DNA of 60,525 nucleotides, taken from contig JANRJA010000049.1 of assembly GCA_033764315.1 (NCBI GenBank), positions 1-60,525 on the forward strand, given 5' to 3'. Origin of the DNA: Oculatellaceae cyanobacterium bins.114 (GTDB taxonomy: Bacteria > Cyanobacteriota > Cyanobacteriia > Elainellales > Elainellaceae). The notes under the pieces are model-generated. The model was given only the letters and a program-made list of their open reading frames with translations. It was not told the DNA's origin and ran no database searches. Position numbers and translations under genes: made by a program. Of this stretch, positions 39,466 to 49,756 are shown piece after piece (the stretch's first letter is position 1; every line of letters begins with the position of its first letter).

Positions 39466-40647
39466 GTGAATTGTACGAAAGGTTTGGTTGGTTATTCAAT
39501 TCTCTGGATGGGTTTGCTATTCAGCGTTTCTAAAAATGCTGTTGCCAACCCGGTTACTCCCCTTAAGGTTGGGTCTGTTGAGGTTGAGTCTCTCAATGTA
39601 ACGGCATCTCAACCCAGTACCGATCGCCCCTCAATCTCTCCGGTAGTGATGGCGATCGCCCCTGGTGAGATCCTTGCTATGCCTCTAGAGCAGCAGAGTT
39701 TATCTGCTTCATCACCCAAGGCAACGGTATCTTCAAAAGATGTTCCTGCGGCTCCTTATCCTGAGACTCCTGCTTTACCCTCTGGTTATCCTCAAACGAT
39801 GCCGCTTGAAGACGAAACTTCTCCCAACCCCACTAGCGAACCGGATGTAAATACAGATGATTTAACTGAGGGCGACCCAGAACTGGGCATTTTGAGATTA
39901 CGCGAACGGGAAATCGTAACCGAACAATCCAATGAACCCAATGAAACTGTTTTTTTGCTGGGTGGCGTTAACTATTTAAGAAGTAACAACATTTTGTTGG
40001 ATGACTTTGATCCAGTGGATGATCAGCTGTTTAGTGTTAGCACAACGTTGTTAGCGATTCCTAATTTGGGGCCACAAACCCAACTGATTGCAGCCATCAA
40101 CGGCAACCTGACACGCTATAGCAGCTTGTCCGAGCTAGATTACAATAACTTTGGTGTGCAAATTGGTGTTCAACAGGAGTTGTTACCAAACACCTACGGT
40201 GAAATCAGTCTGAGCAATCAACAGTTTATTGATGCGAACTCAGGCGATCGCTTTTTGAACGATTATTCTGCTTGGCTCACACTATCGCGGCGCGATCGCC
40301 TAAACTCTAAACTGACTCTCGATAGCTTCTATCAATTACGTTTGAGTTTCACTGATCCAAGCGATCGCAGTCGTGTTGGCAACGCTTTAGGAGTGTCACT
40401 CGATTATGATCTGCCGCTCAATTTTAGTATTGGATTAGGCTATCAAGTTGCTCTAACAGACTTTACACGTCAAGACCGCAATGATGTCTATCATCAGCTA
40501 ACGACAGAACTCAACTACTACTTGTCTTCTAACACCCGCGCCAGTGTGTTTGGTGGGTTTAGCTTTGGTGACTCGTCTGATCCAGATATCAATTTCAACA
40601 GTTTTATTTTTGGGGCTTCTATCAATTTCAATGTGTCTCTTTTTTAG
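39466..40647 (+). CDS. Putative outer-membrane beta-barrel protein
   Basis: Signal peptide, Pro-rich linker, alternating amphipathic strands and a C-terminal Phe (INFNVSLF). Confidence 0.8.
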   Translation: MNCTKGLVGYSILWMGLLFSVSKNAVANPVTPLKVGSVEVESLNVTASQPSTDRPSISPVVMAIAPGEILAMPLEQQSLSASSPKATVSSKDVPAAPYPETPALPSGYPQTMPLEDETSPNPTSEPDVNTDDLTEGDPELGILRLREREIVTEQSNEPNETVFLLGGVNYLRSNNILLDDFDPVDDQLFSVSTTLLAIPNLGPQTQLIAAINGNLTRYSSLSELDYNNFGVQIGVQQELLPNTYGEISLSNQQFIDANSGDRFLNDYSAWLTLSRRDRLNSKLTLDSFYQLRLSFTDPSDRSRVGNALGVSLDYDLPLNFSIGLGYQVALTDFTRQDRNDVYHQLTTELNYYLSSNTRASVFGGFSFGDSSDPDINFNSFIFGASINFNVSLF

Positions 40648-40687
40648 GTAGTCCTCTAAAAGTAATGATTTTTGAGTAAGGACTACC
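40647..40687 (+). mobile_element. MITE family B, minimal 41-bp copy
   Basis: GGTAGTCCT...AGGACTACC flanked by a perfect CTTTTTTA duplication. Confidence 0.85.
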
Positions 40688-40727
40688 CTTTTTTAGAGCC
40701 GTAGAAAAAACTTGCTGTGTTGGATAT

Positions 40728-41627
40728 TTAGGGAAAGGTGATTGCCCCTAATGTACCGCGATCGCCATCCAACTCCACAGGCACACCCACAGGTAACGCC
40801 GCATTCACTCCATCATGACCAAACGGTAAATCGGAGACAACCGGGATGCCTAAATCAGAGAGGCGATCGCGCAACACCTCCTCAGCCGTAAAACTGGGGA
40901 GGTTGGGCGGTGGATCACACTGGCTAAACCGTCCCACTGCAATGCCCCGCACTTTGCTAAAAGCACCTGTCATCCGCCATTGGGTCAACATGCGGTCAAT
41001 GCGATAGGGAGCTTCTGAAACATCCTCAAACGCCAGAATTGCGCCATCCATGTCAGGCTGCACCGCTGTGTGGAGGAGATGTGTTGCCACCGTCAGATTG
41101 GCAGGCAATAACAACCCCTGAGCTATGCCCCTGCCCCATCCCACTCCTTGTAGTGCTGGCAGCGATCGCCCCTGTACCCAGTCCAACAACCGCTGCACCG
41201 ACCAATCCGGTTCTGTTGCCAATGTCGTCAATAAAGGGGCATGGAGTCCGGAGATGCCTTGCTGAGATAAGTCCCACAACAAACTGGTGATGTCAGAGAA
41301 GCCAATTAGCCACTTGGGGGTTGTCTCTGCCCAATGCCACTTCTCCAGCAATCGTGCTCCACCATAGCCACCTCTAGCACAGAGAATACCCCGACACTCA
41401 GGATTGGTCAGAGCTTCGTGCAACTGCTGACGGCGATCATCATCCTTGCCTGCTAGATAGCCCCAACGGTCGTCATAGCCCTGACATAGCTCAACCCGAT
41501 AACCGTGCGATCGCCAAACCTCAACTCCTTTAGCAAAAGCAGTTTGTTCACGTAGCGTGCCGCTAGGGGCAACGACACACAGCAAATCACCGAGTTGGAG
41601 CGGAGCAGGAGGTTTGCAAGGAAGCAT
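40728..41627 (-). CDS. ldcA: LD-carboxypeptidase (peptidase S66)
   Basis: VAPSG, RGGYG, GFSDIT, FEDVSE and FGHD; ATG overlaps the trpE stop. Confidence 0.9.
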   Translation of the reverse strand: MLPCKPPAPLQLGDLLCVVAPSGTLREQTAFAKGVEVWRSHGYRVELCQGYDDRWGYLAGKDDDRRQQLHEALTNPECRGILCARGGYGGARLLEKWHWAETTPKWLIGFSDITSLLWDLSQQGISGLHAPLLTTLATEPDWSVQRLLDWVQGRSLPALQGVGWGRGIAQGLLLPANLTVATHLLHTAVQPDMDGAILAFEDVSEAPYRIDRMLTQWRMTGAFSKVRGIAVGRFSQCDPPPNLPSFTAEEVLRDRLSDLGIPVVSDLPFGHDGVNAALPVGVPVELDGDRGTLGAITFP

Positions 41628-43195
41628 TAACGATTCCCCTGCGATCGCAAACACCGAATGGCCTCTAACATGCCTCTGGCTTTGTTGAGCGTTTCTTCGT
41701 ATTCCCGTTCTGGTTCCGAGTCTGCCACTAAGCCTGCCCCTGCCTGAACTCTGACGGTGTGTTTGCCGTTCAGCTGATCGCGAACGACCATTGTGCGAAT
41801 GGCGATCGCCGTATTTAACTGTCCCTCAAAGTCGTAGTAGCCATAGGCACCGGAATAAGGCCCGCGACGACAGGGTTCTAGGGCATGAATGATTTCCATT
41901 GCCCGAATTTTAGGAGCACCGCTTACCGTCCCTGCGGGGAAACAAGCTTTTAGCAGATCCCAGGCGGTTTTGCTAGGGGCAAGTTCGCCCACCACATTGC
42001 TGACGATGTGCATGACGTGAGAATAGCGTTCAATCACCATTAACTCGTCAACACGAACAGAACCCATCGTGCAGACCCGCCCCAGGTCATTGCGCCCCAA
42101 ATCGACCAACATCACGTGTTCTGCCAGTTCTTTAGGGTCTTGCAACAACTCCTCTGCAAATGTGGCATCTTGTTGCGGAGTTTTGCCCCGTGGACGAGTT
42201 CCGGCGATTGGGCGGACCGTCGCAACACGACTCGTTTTATCTGCCGAGTTTTCGACCTTGACCATTACCTCTGGACTGGAGCCAATAATTTGCCAATCCT
42301 GGAAATGAAAGTATGCCATGTAGGGCGATGGGTTGATCAGCCGCAGCGACCGATAGAGCGCAAAGGGGTCGCCCTCATATTCGGCTGAGAGCCGCTGTGA
42401 GATCACGACCTGGAAGATATCTCCGGCGTGAATGTGCGCTTTTGCCCGTTCAACATTGGCGCAAAACTGCTCTTTTGTGGTGTTGCTCTGATAGAGCGGA
42501 GTAGAGGATGGATGACCTGTTTTTTGCTCTTGCGCGATCGAAGTGGGTGAACTCCACTCCAACACGGTATCTTTGCTGACTAGCGGCAGTTGTAGTTTTT
42601 CGACTATTTGGGTGACGCGATCGCACGCTTGTTGATAAGCCGTTGCCAAATCGGTTTGAGGATCCCGCAGATCGGCATAGGCGATCGCCCAAATTTTGCG
42701 TTGCACTTGGTCAAACACCAATAGTTGATCGATCTGCATCCACAACCCATCTGGCAAATCGTCTTCGCCAGCAGGATAAATGGGCACACGCGGCTCAATC
42801 CACGAGATCAACTCATATCCCCAAAACCCAAACAAGCCCCCAATTCCAGGTGGCAGTTGGGGCAATTTTACCGGAACGTAGGGTTGCAGACAGGCTTCTA
42901 ACGCCTCAAAGGGATCGCCCTCAAATAAGCGTCGAGATCCATCCCGGTGAACTTGAGTCGTTTGGCTCCCCTTCGCTTCTAAGATCCACACGGGGTCACA
43001 GCCCAGCAAGCTATAGCGAGCTAAGTTCTCACCACCTTCGACAGACTCTAACAAAAAGCTGTAGGGCTGTCCGGCACACACCTTATACCAGGCAGATACT
43101 GGAGTTTCAAGATCGGCAACCCATTCCTGGTAGACCGGGACAAAGTTGCCGTGTTGAGCAAATTCTGAAAATCGGGCAAAATCTGGGAAAATCAT
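41627..43195 (-). CDS. trpE: Anthranilate synthase component I
   Basis: LLESVEGGE, GDIFQVV, NPSPYM, PIAGT, EHVMLVDLGRND and GTVSGAPK. Confidence 0.95.
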   Translation of the reverse strand: MIFPDFARFSEFAQHGNFVPVYQEWVADLETPVSAWYKVCAGQPYSFLLESVEGGENLARYSLLGCDPVWILEAKGSQTTQVHRDGSRRLFEGDPFEALEACLQPYVPVKLPQLPPGIGGLFGFWGYELISWIEPRVPIYPAGEDDLPDGLWMQIDQLLVFDQVQRKIWAIAYADLRDPQTDLATAYQQACDRVTQIVEKLQLPLVSKDTVLEWSSPTSIAQEQKTGHPSSTPLYQSNTTKEQFCANVERAKAHIHAGDIFQVVISQRLSAEYEGDPFALYRSLRLINPSPYMAYFHFQDWQIIGSSPEVMVKVENSADKTSRVATVRPIAGTRPRGKTPQQDATFAEELLQDPKELAEHVMLVDLGRNDLGRVCTMGSVRVDELMVIERYSHVMHIVSNVVGELAPSKTAWDLLKACFPAGTVSGAPKIRAMEIIHALEPCRRGPYSGAYGYYDFEGQLNTAIAIRTMVVRDQLNGKHTVRVQAGAGLVADSEPEREYEETLNKARGMLEAIRCLRSQGNR

Positions 43196-43346
43196 GCCCT
43201 CCATTTTAAGGGGCATCAGGGCATCCGGACTAGAGGCTAACGGGTGCGATCGCAACAAAAATTGGAGACAGGAAACCTATCTCCAAAATTAAGTTGCTAT
43301 AGAAGGTCAAGAGCGTTAGCAAACTTCAGGGGTGACCTGAACCTGC

Positions 43347-43778
43347 TTAGGGGTCAAACGTCTTTTTGCCGCTGAACTTAACCGTGGCAGGGTCAGGGTT
43401 GCTGCCAATGTTACGTTCAACTTTGTTGACATAAGGACGACCTTGATTCACCTTCTCAGGGAAGGTTCCATCTTTAGGATGGAGGTATTGAATTTCCCCG
43501 CTGGGATAAACCCGATAGATCTTATAGTTTTCGATTTTGGGCTTGAACTTGGTACGGAATTGAGCACCCAGAGCGATGCATTGTTCTTTGCGTGCTAAGT
43601 AAAGGAGATTTTCTCCTTGACGCATGACCGCTGCTCCACCCGTGGGCATCTCAAACACCTGTTCTTTAGGGCTAGTCCAGGTAATAGCGTATTTTTCTTC
43701 AACTTCAGCTTTGCTTAGTAAACCGCCGGTGCTGCCACCAAACAAGGGAGTTTGTCCAGTAAGAGTTTCTGTTGACAT
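43347..43778 (-). CDS. psaD: Photosystem I subunit II
   Basis: [37 protein letters not shown] and HPKDG. Confidence 0.98.
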   Translation of the reverse strand: MSTETLTGQTPLFGGSTGGLLSKAEVEEKYAITWTSPKEQVFEMPTGGAAVMRQGENLLYLARKEQCIALGAQFRTKFKPKIENYKIYRVYPSGEIQYLHPKDGTFPEKVNQGRPYVNKVERNIGSNPDPATVKFSGKKTFDP

Positions 43779-43908
43779 GAAAGTTTCTCTGAACTTTTTT
43801 AGGAATCCTATCATCGCCCCTTGTACACATCTCAACTTCTTGAGGATCTGTTACAGTTCTTGAGAAAAAACGTAACGGTGTCTGTAGATGCTTTTGGAAC
43901 CTATTTAT

Positions 43909-44038
43909 GCTTAGTACTGCTTTTCACAGATAGGGTTCGGAAATAAAACCAAGGGCGGTGTGGGGGCTGCGCCCCCAGCCAGGGGTGAAACCCCTGCACC
44001 CCAAATTCCCACTCCTATTTACGACGAGTTGTGCTTAG
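43909..44038. repeat. Degenerate MITE-like element with GC-rich hairpins
   Basis: GGGGGC-TGC-GCCCCC and CAGGGG-TGAAA-CCCCTG hairpins; TGCTTAG at both ends. Confidence 0.5.
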
Positions 44039-44110
44039 GGATGGAGAGAAGAAGGATGAACCACGAAACGGGAAGAAATAACACGACTCGCCATTCCCAG
44101 TTCTCACGCT

Positions 44111-44191
44111 GGTAGTGCTCTAAAAGTAATGATTTTGGAGTAAGGATGTGCCCCACGCAGCGGAGCACATCCTTACTTGTTTAGAACCACC
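44111..44191 (+). mobile_element. MITE family B, longest copy
   Basis: GGTAGTGCTCTAAAAGTAATGATTTT...AGAACCACC; flanks CTCACGCT / CTTAAGCT. Confidence 0.8.
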
Positions 44192-44240
44192 CTTAAGCTT
44201 TGGGTAGCGAGCAGAACCGAGATTCTCCGTTTTCGACTCC

Positions 44241-45869
44241 TTACTCAAACTGGAGTGACAACTCCAAAGGCCCTAACCCTAGTTCTTTGGCAGAGAGCGA
44301 TCGCACTTCAAACAGAGCCATCATGTCATTCAAACTAGGATTACCTCGATTTGAGCCTTTAAAGCCTTTGGCAATTACCAATCCGCAATAGCCATTAGTT
44401 CGTTTACAGCGTTGATCCCATTTTTTTCGGGCTTCGATGTGAATCGGGTCGTCTTCAATGAACTCCCCAAATAAATGGAAGTCACTATTGTGGGTTTGCA
44501 AAATCCCTAAATCATAGTGTTGCTCAGCATAGGGGTCTTCTCCGGGATTAAAGCAGATGGCTTTGACTCCTCCAGATGCCTGGAGTTCTTCAATCAGGGC
44601 GATCGCCTTAGGTCGCGAGGTCTGAATCAAGATAACTGGAAACCCATCGCCATTCGGGGGAATCTCAGCCTCCGCAGATTGATAATATTTTGCGGTCGAG
44701 CGGAGTGTATCTGCGATTTCCCAGGCCATTGCGCCCAAGCTATAAAAGGCATCTCTGGGAATCAAGTCAACCCGCAAGATGGGCATATTTGCTAAGTCAA
44801 AGTCAGCGTCATTGAGGGCGATGTTACTTGACATCTCAAACAACTCTTCTGCCAGAGCGGTCATGGTCTCAACTTTAACCGCTACTTTTTTCTTGGGGTC
44901 AGTTGGGTTATTGATGCGATAACGACCCACTGTTTGAGGAAACTCTTCGGCGGTTAACTCTGCCAAGTGTTGCTCAAAAAAGCGATGCATCGCTTCTAAA
45001 GCAATTAAAACAGCGAGTGCCTCCTCTTCGTACAACATAGGGCGCATGCCCTCTAGTGGATGTAAATTGCCAAAGGTTGGCACGACACCTGTTTCAACTT
45101 CAAAAACGTTGAGATCAGGGGAGGCATCTTCGGGTAACTCTGCTTCTTGCTCAAAGGTGAGAAAAAAGCAATCTTGCTCTAAAAACGCTCCTTCTAGATC
45201 TTCTGGCGAATCATCTGCCATTAACACCCGCTCGCGAAACTTTCGGAGTGACTCGACCGAGCGATACATTAACAGTCCATATTCCATGCCCAACATCCCT
45301 AAGATAGAGACATAGAGGGTTTCAACATCGTTGTAGTTGACCTCAACTGAGATGATCTTTTCTTCGTCTAAGACATCCCAAGGAGCATCTTGCCAGATTT
45401 TGTAAGCCGCTTTGAGCAAGGCTTCTTCTTGTTCTGGAGGCAATTGTGGAGGGCGGTTGTTGGCAACATCTTGCAAGCCTCGAAAGATCTCGTCAATCAG
45501 GGGCAGTTCGGGCACATAGTCCACTACGATGTCTAACTCTTGCAGCACCCCCCGCAGAAAAAACTGAATTTCGCGATCGCACACGACAATTTTTTGAGGT
45601 CGAGCCGGACGGGTCGAACTGTGGGGATATTCCATTGCCCGCAACAACGTGCGCACGATCGCCTCAGGGCCAGTGTCAGAGGGCACAACATCCATTGCTC
45701 GCACTAACCCTTCTGAACCGTCTACCCAGATAATGCATTCCCCTCGCATTGAGCTGTCCGGCTCCATGTTGAGATGCGTTGCAAGAACACGGCGATCGCC
45801 TTCCCACACACTAGGAATCTGACGAAGCTGTTGGAGCCGACGGCGGGTAGAGCGATTTAGGGCTGTCAT
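44241..45869 (-). CDS. Conserved cyanobacterial hypothetical protein
   Basis: 542-aa acidic ORF directly upstream of the psaD region. Confidence 0.85.
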   Translation of the reverse strand: MTALNRSTRRRLQQLRQIPSVWEGDRRVLATHLNMEPDSSMRGECIIWVDGSEGLVRAMDVVPSDTGPEAIVRTLLRAMEYPHSSTRPARPQKIVVCDREIQFFLRGVLQELDIVVDYVPELPLIDEIFRGLQDVANNRPPQLPPEQEEALLKAAYKIWQDAPWDVLDEEKIISVEVNYNDVETLYVSILGMLGMEYGLLMYRSVESLRKFRERVLMADDSPEDLEGAFLEQDCFFLTFEQEAELPEDASPDLNVFEVETGVVPTFGNLHPLEGMRPMLYEEEALAVLIALEAMHRFFEQHLAELTAEEFPQTVGRYRINNPTDPKKKVAVKVETMTALAEELFEMSSNIALNDADFDLANMPILRVDLIPRDAFYSLGAMAWEIADTLRSTAKYYQSAEAEIPPNGDGFPVILIQTSRPKAIALIEELQASGGVKAICFNPGEDPYAEQHYDLGILQTHNSDFHLFGEFIEDDPIHIEARKKWDQRCKRTNGYCGLVIAKGFKGSNRGNPSLNDMMALFEVRSLSAKELGLGPLELSLQFE

Positions 45870-46381
45870 ATACTCAGCAAAAATAATCCGAACGCTAACA
45901 AATTACCAAGAAAACCAGAATGCACTCCTGGGCAACCAGGTGCTCACTATTCATCTTAAACATTGGCTTCCCTCCCTCAACGTTTAATTGACAGATGGCA
46001 ACAGTCATCAAGGACGTTGCTCTATAGAGTGGCTTATGATTCTACTGCCTTTTAACAATTCATCAATATAATTACAAGTACCAACGGGTTCAAATTCAGC
46101 CATGTTCAAAGGCTGTAAAGGATTTGATACAATTTAGCTAGCTTAGATGAGCCAGCTTAGATTAACCTACTTAAAACCTATGGCACTTGTGTCCAAGACT
46201 GGGGTAAGGTTATCGTCTCAATAGCTTTTGGTGTAGACATCTTTGGTGAAGACACCCTTGAAGATTGCTACCATCATGCTATGAGGATAAACGATCTATC
46301 CTGATTTACTGATATTACTCTGGTAGCACCAGAATTACAGATCCATAGACAGATCTCTATTTAAGGAGTCATTTTATACCG

Positions 46382-46738
46382 ATGACGCAAGCAATTCAGT
46401 CTCAACAGCGTGGCATTCAAATGACTGACGCCGCCCTTCGTCAAGTTCTGTCCTTACGTGAAAAACAGGGCAACCAAGACCTGTGTTTGCGGGTCGGGGT
46501 TCGCCAGGGCGGTTGTTCTGGCATGTCTTACATCATGGACTTTGAAGACTTTAGCAATGTCCGCGAGAATGATGAAGTCTTTGATTATGAAGGCTTTAAA
46601 GTGGTGTGTGACCCCAAAAGCATCCTTTACCTCTATGGTTTAGTGTTGGACTTTAGTGATGCCATGATTGGGGGTGGGTTTCAATTTACCAATCCCAATG
46701 CTAACCAAACCTGTGGTTGTGGCAAGTCGTTCTCTTAA
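46382..46738 (+). CDS. iscA: Iron-sulfur cluster assembly A-type carrier (HesB/IscA/SufA family)
   Basis: GGCSGMSY and [14 protein letters not shown]. Confidence 0.92.
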   Translation: MTQAIQSQQRGIQMTDAALRQVLSLREKQGNQDLCLRVGVRQGGCSGMSYIMDFEDFSNVRENDEVFDYEGFKVVCDPKSILYLYGLVLDFSDAMIGGGFQFTNPNANQTCGCGKSFS

Positions 46739-46761
46739 GTCATCTATCTAGATTTTGTTTC

Positions 46762-46797
46762 AAGGGTGAGAGCGCGATCGCTTGTCACCCTTAATTT
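46762..46797 (+). terminator. Hairpin after iscA, possible terminator
   Basis: AAGGGTGA...TCACCCTT followed by an AT-rich tail. Confidence 0.5.
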
Positions 46798-46975
46798 ATG
46801 GGCGGCTACCTGCTAAACCCGTGAAAACGAGGAAATTAAACCCCTTGTTGCTGTTGGGGGTTGTTGCCCTCATCAAACTGTCTATGGCGATAACTGCCTT
46901 TAAAGGAACCAGAATTCGCTAAAATTCAAGTTCTTTAATGTCTAACTCCTACTTGTAATTGACTGCTATTCACCT

Positions 46976-47398
46976 ATGACTGAGACTGTTGAAGCCCTAT
47001 TTGATCAAGGTATTGAACGTTATCAAGCCGGAGAATCGCCTGAGACGTTGATTCCTGTGTTTAAGGAAGTGTGTGAGCGATCGCCCAAGAGTAGCCCTGC
47101 CTGGACCTGTCTAGCATGGCTTTATTTGCTTGATAACAAGCCCAGCCAAGCCCTCAAAGCAGCCCAAAAAGCAGTTAAGCTCAATCCTCAAGATCCGCAA
47201 GCTCGAATTAACCTGGCGGTCGCCATGTTAGAAACAGCTAAAACTGGAGTTCGGGAGCACGTTGAGATTGCTGAACAGTTGATCATGGCTGTGCCAGAGC
47301 TACGGGAAGAAGTTAAGAAGAACTGTGAAGATGGGTTAAGCCGTAAACCCAACTGGAAGGGTTTAATTCGAGTTCAGGATTGGCTATTTGGAAACTAG
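46976..47398 (+). CDS. Small TPR protein
   Basis: AWTCLAWLYL...A.KAAQKAVKLNPQD TPR motif. Confidence 0.88.
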   Translation: MTETVEALFDQGIERYQAGESPETLIPVFKEVCERSPKSSPAWTCLAWLYLLDNKPSQALKAAQKAVKLNPQDPQARINLAVAMLETAKTGVREHVEIAEQLIMAVPELREEVKKNCEDGLSRKPNWKGLIRVQDWLFGN

Positions 47399-47592
47399 GA
47401 TCAAAAATTTACATTTTTAAGGCTTTTTCAGTTATTAAACTCCCTAGTTATTGAGGAATCGCAATGATTACTAACGATTTTTAATGATGCAGCCGAAAAT
47501 CTAATGATAAGATTCAGTGAAGTTAGCGATTAGCTATGTTTATAGCTCTTCGCTTCTTCACTTTCTTTTAAAACAAATAAGGATTGGGAATC

Positions 47593-47775
47593 ATGCTCTC
47601 ACACGTCGAAATCAAACCCGAAACCCGCAATCACAAAGGCTTTTTTGTACAAGAAGGTTCATACAAGTTTATTGGAATCGACCAATCTGGTTGGGCACTC
47701 ATTTGTGTTGATGATGCAACTTGCCACTACGTTGATCCCGACAATTTAATGGTAGAAGCACAAGCTGAAAAGTAA
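47593..47775 (+). CDS. Small hypothetical protein (60 aa)
   Basis: ATG preceded by a purine-rich RBS-like stretch and followed by a strong terminator. Confidence 0.65.
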   Translation: MLSHVEIKPETRNHKGFFVQEGSYKFIGIDQSGWALICVDDATCHYVDPDNLMVEAQAEK

Positions 47776-47819
47776 GTTGCAGAATTTGAATAACCCAATT
47801 ATGGTTTTGCTTGAATAAT

Positions 47820-47854
47820 ATGGCTGTCCTTCCGAAAGGGCAGCCATGTTTTTT
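47820..47854 (+). terminator. Rho-independent terminator
   Basis: ATGGCTGTCCTT-loop-AAGGGCAGCCAT followed by GTTTTTT. Confidence 0.8.
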
Positions 47855-48158
47855 CTCAGAAAACTGAAATTAGATATTAAGTTTCATCAACTCATTCTTG
47901 TTGAGTTGTTTCCACCGTTATTCAACGTAGCTTCGCTCACTTGGCATTGTAAGATCAACAATTAATACTCGGTTAAACGAAATAAATCTAAGTCAATTGT
48001 TATGTTGAAATGCCCGCTGTGTTGATAGGTTGATCTGAGTTTAAACAACAGAACTGATTCCTTGTACCCGGTTTAAATGAGCCACAAAGGTCTTAGGTTG
48101 GGCAACCATTAGCCGCCGATGTGTAAATTGATTTGCATTATCATTTTGAGGCAAGAAA

Positions 48159-48410
48159 ATGAAAGACAAATTGTTGGAATGGCTCAACTTAGCACTGGTG
48201 GCAAACCTGTTTTTGGTGCTATTGAGTTTTTTTTGGTTGGCGATCGCTGTTATAGGTCATGCCTTTAAGGTTCCATTGGGCTTAGACCTCTGGTACAAGC
48301 TGTGGGAGCCTGTTTTTACACCAGCCATTGGGATTTTGATGGCAGGTGCGCTGTTGAGCGGCATTATCAGTTGGGTCAACAAACGTCTGCAATCGATGTC
48401 TGAGGGCTGA
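48159..48410 (+). CDS. Small two-TM membrane protein
   Basis: 83-aa ORF with two hydrophobic segments. Confidence 0.8.
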   Translation: MKDKLLEWLNLALVANLFLVLLSFFWLAIAVIGHAFKVPLGLDLWYKLWEPVFTPAIGILMAGALLSGIISWVNKRLQSMSEG

Positions 48411-48488
48411 GTCAAGCCTCAATGGTTAACCTGAGCAGCTTGGTTAACAGGGTCAACAGTGATCTTGCCCCTCCTGTGATTTCTGCCT

Positions 48489-48653
48489 AACGTCAGTTCG
48501 GTTTAAGCAGCCCAGCGAATAAATTCGCGGCTACCAGAACGAAGTCCGCCTTCGCGGACTACCAAAATCGAAGGTTTGCTGAACCGACGCAGGTCGTTTT
48601 TGCTCGTATAGCAGCGGTTTCAACCGCCAAAATCCTGATCTCGAACTCAGGTT
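48489..48653 (+). mobile_element. MITE family A, copy 2 (no nested insert)
   Basis: AACGTCAGTTCGG...CGAACTCAGGTT with several internal hairpins; GCCT on both flanks. Confidence 0.8.
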
Positions 48654-48655
48654 GC

Positions 48656-49582
48656 CTATTGTTTAGCAAGCACTTGTTGCAGGGCAGGCTTGATGGTCTC
48701 GTATTGATAGGTAAATCCGGTTGCCAGGGTTTGTTTGGGAAGCACCTGTTGACCTTCTAAAACAACTTTGGCCGCATCTCCTAGCAACGTCTCGATCACA
48801 AAATCAGGAACGGGCAACCACGATGGACGATGTAAGACTTGTCCCATGACTGTGCAGAACTCCGCCATTCGCACTGGCTTAGGAGCAGTTGCGTTGAAGG
48901 TGCCCTCTAGCGACGGATCGGTCAAGGCTTTGAGAATCAGGTTCACTAGATCGTCGATGTGAATCCAGGAGAACCACTGCCGTCCGCTGCCAATGGGGCC
49001 TCCCGCAAACAGTTGAAACGGAGGCAACATTTTGGCGATCGCCCCACCCATGCCCAAGACGATTCCCGTTCTTAAGATCACGAGTCGAGTGCTAGAGGTC
49101 TTGACGGCTTGCGCCTCAGCTTCCCATGCCTGACACACCTCGGCTAAAAAGTCAGATCCGGCAGCACTGGTTTCGTCAAAGGTTGCGGTTTCACTTGTGC
49201 CGTAATAGCCAATCGCCGAGGAATTGATCAACACGCTGGGCTTTGGATTTGCCTGGGCGATCGCCTCCACAATTTTGCGCGTGCCAATGATTCGGCTGTC
49301 GAGAATCTCTTGCTTGCGTTCTGGTGTCCAGCGGCTTTCAGCGATCGGTGCACCTGCCAGATTAACCACGCCATCACATCCGGCGATCGCGCCTTGCCAC
49401 TCCCCCGATTCCAGAGGAGTATATGTCACCCCCTCAACTCCCGGAAACTGGGCTATTGGAAACAATGACTTACTTTTTTGGGCATCGCGAGTCAACACAA
49501 CAACCGTGTGTCCTTCTTGCTGCAATCGCTGAACCAAATGGCTCCCAACGAACCCAGTTGCCCCTGTCACCGCTACTTTCAT
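48656..49582 (-). CDS. TIGR01777-family NAD(P)-dependent epimerase/oxidoreductase
   Basis: TGATGFVG, VNLAGAPI, SSAIGYYG and GSGRQWFSWIH. Confidence 0.92.
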   Translation of the reverse strand: MKVAVTGATGFVGSHLVQRLQQEGHTVVVLTRDAQKSKSLFPIAQFPGVEGVTYTPLESGEWQGAIAGCDGVVNLAGAPIAESRWTPERKQEILDSRIIGTRKIVEAIAQANPKPSVLINSSAIGYYGTSETATFDETSAAGSDFLAEVCQAWEAEAQAVKTSSTRLVILRTGIVLGMGGAIAKMLPPFQLFAGGPIGSGRQWFSWIHIDDLVNLILKALTDPSLEGTFNATAPKPVRMAEFCTVMGQVLHRPSWLPVPDFVIETLLGDAAKVVLEGQQVLPKQTLATGFTYQYETIKPALQQVLAKQ

Positions 49583-49756
49583 CTCAACTCCTTCCCATTT
49601 TTTGTAAAGCACCTTTGATTCTGTCATCAGGGCATAGCATTCAGATCTCAGTCATCAAACGCTTAAGTCAGCTTCTAAGTTAGCTTCCCAAATCCTGCGC
49701 TTTTATATCTCTTTGCCTAAATGACGATGAACGATTGACCACTAACCCATGATTCA

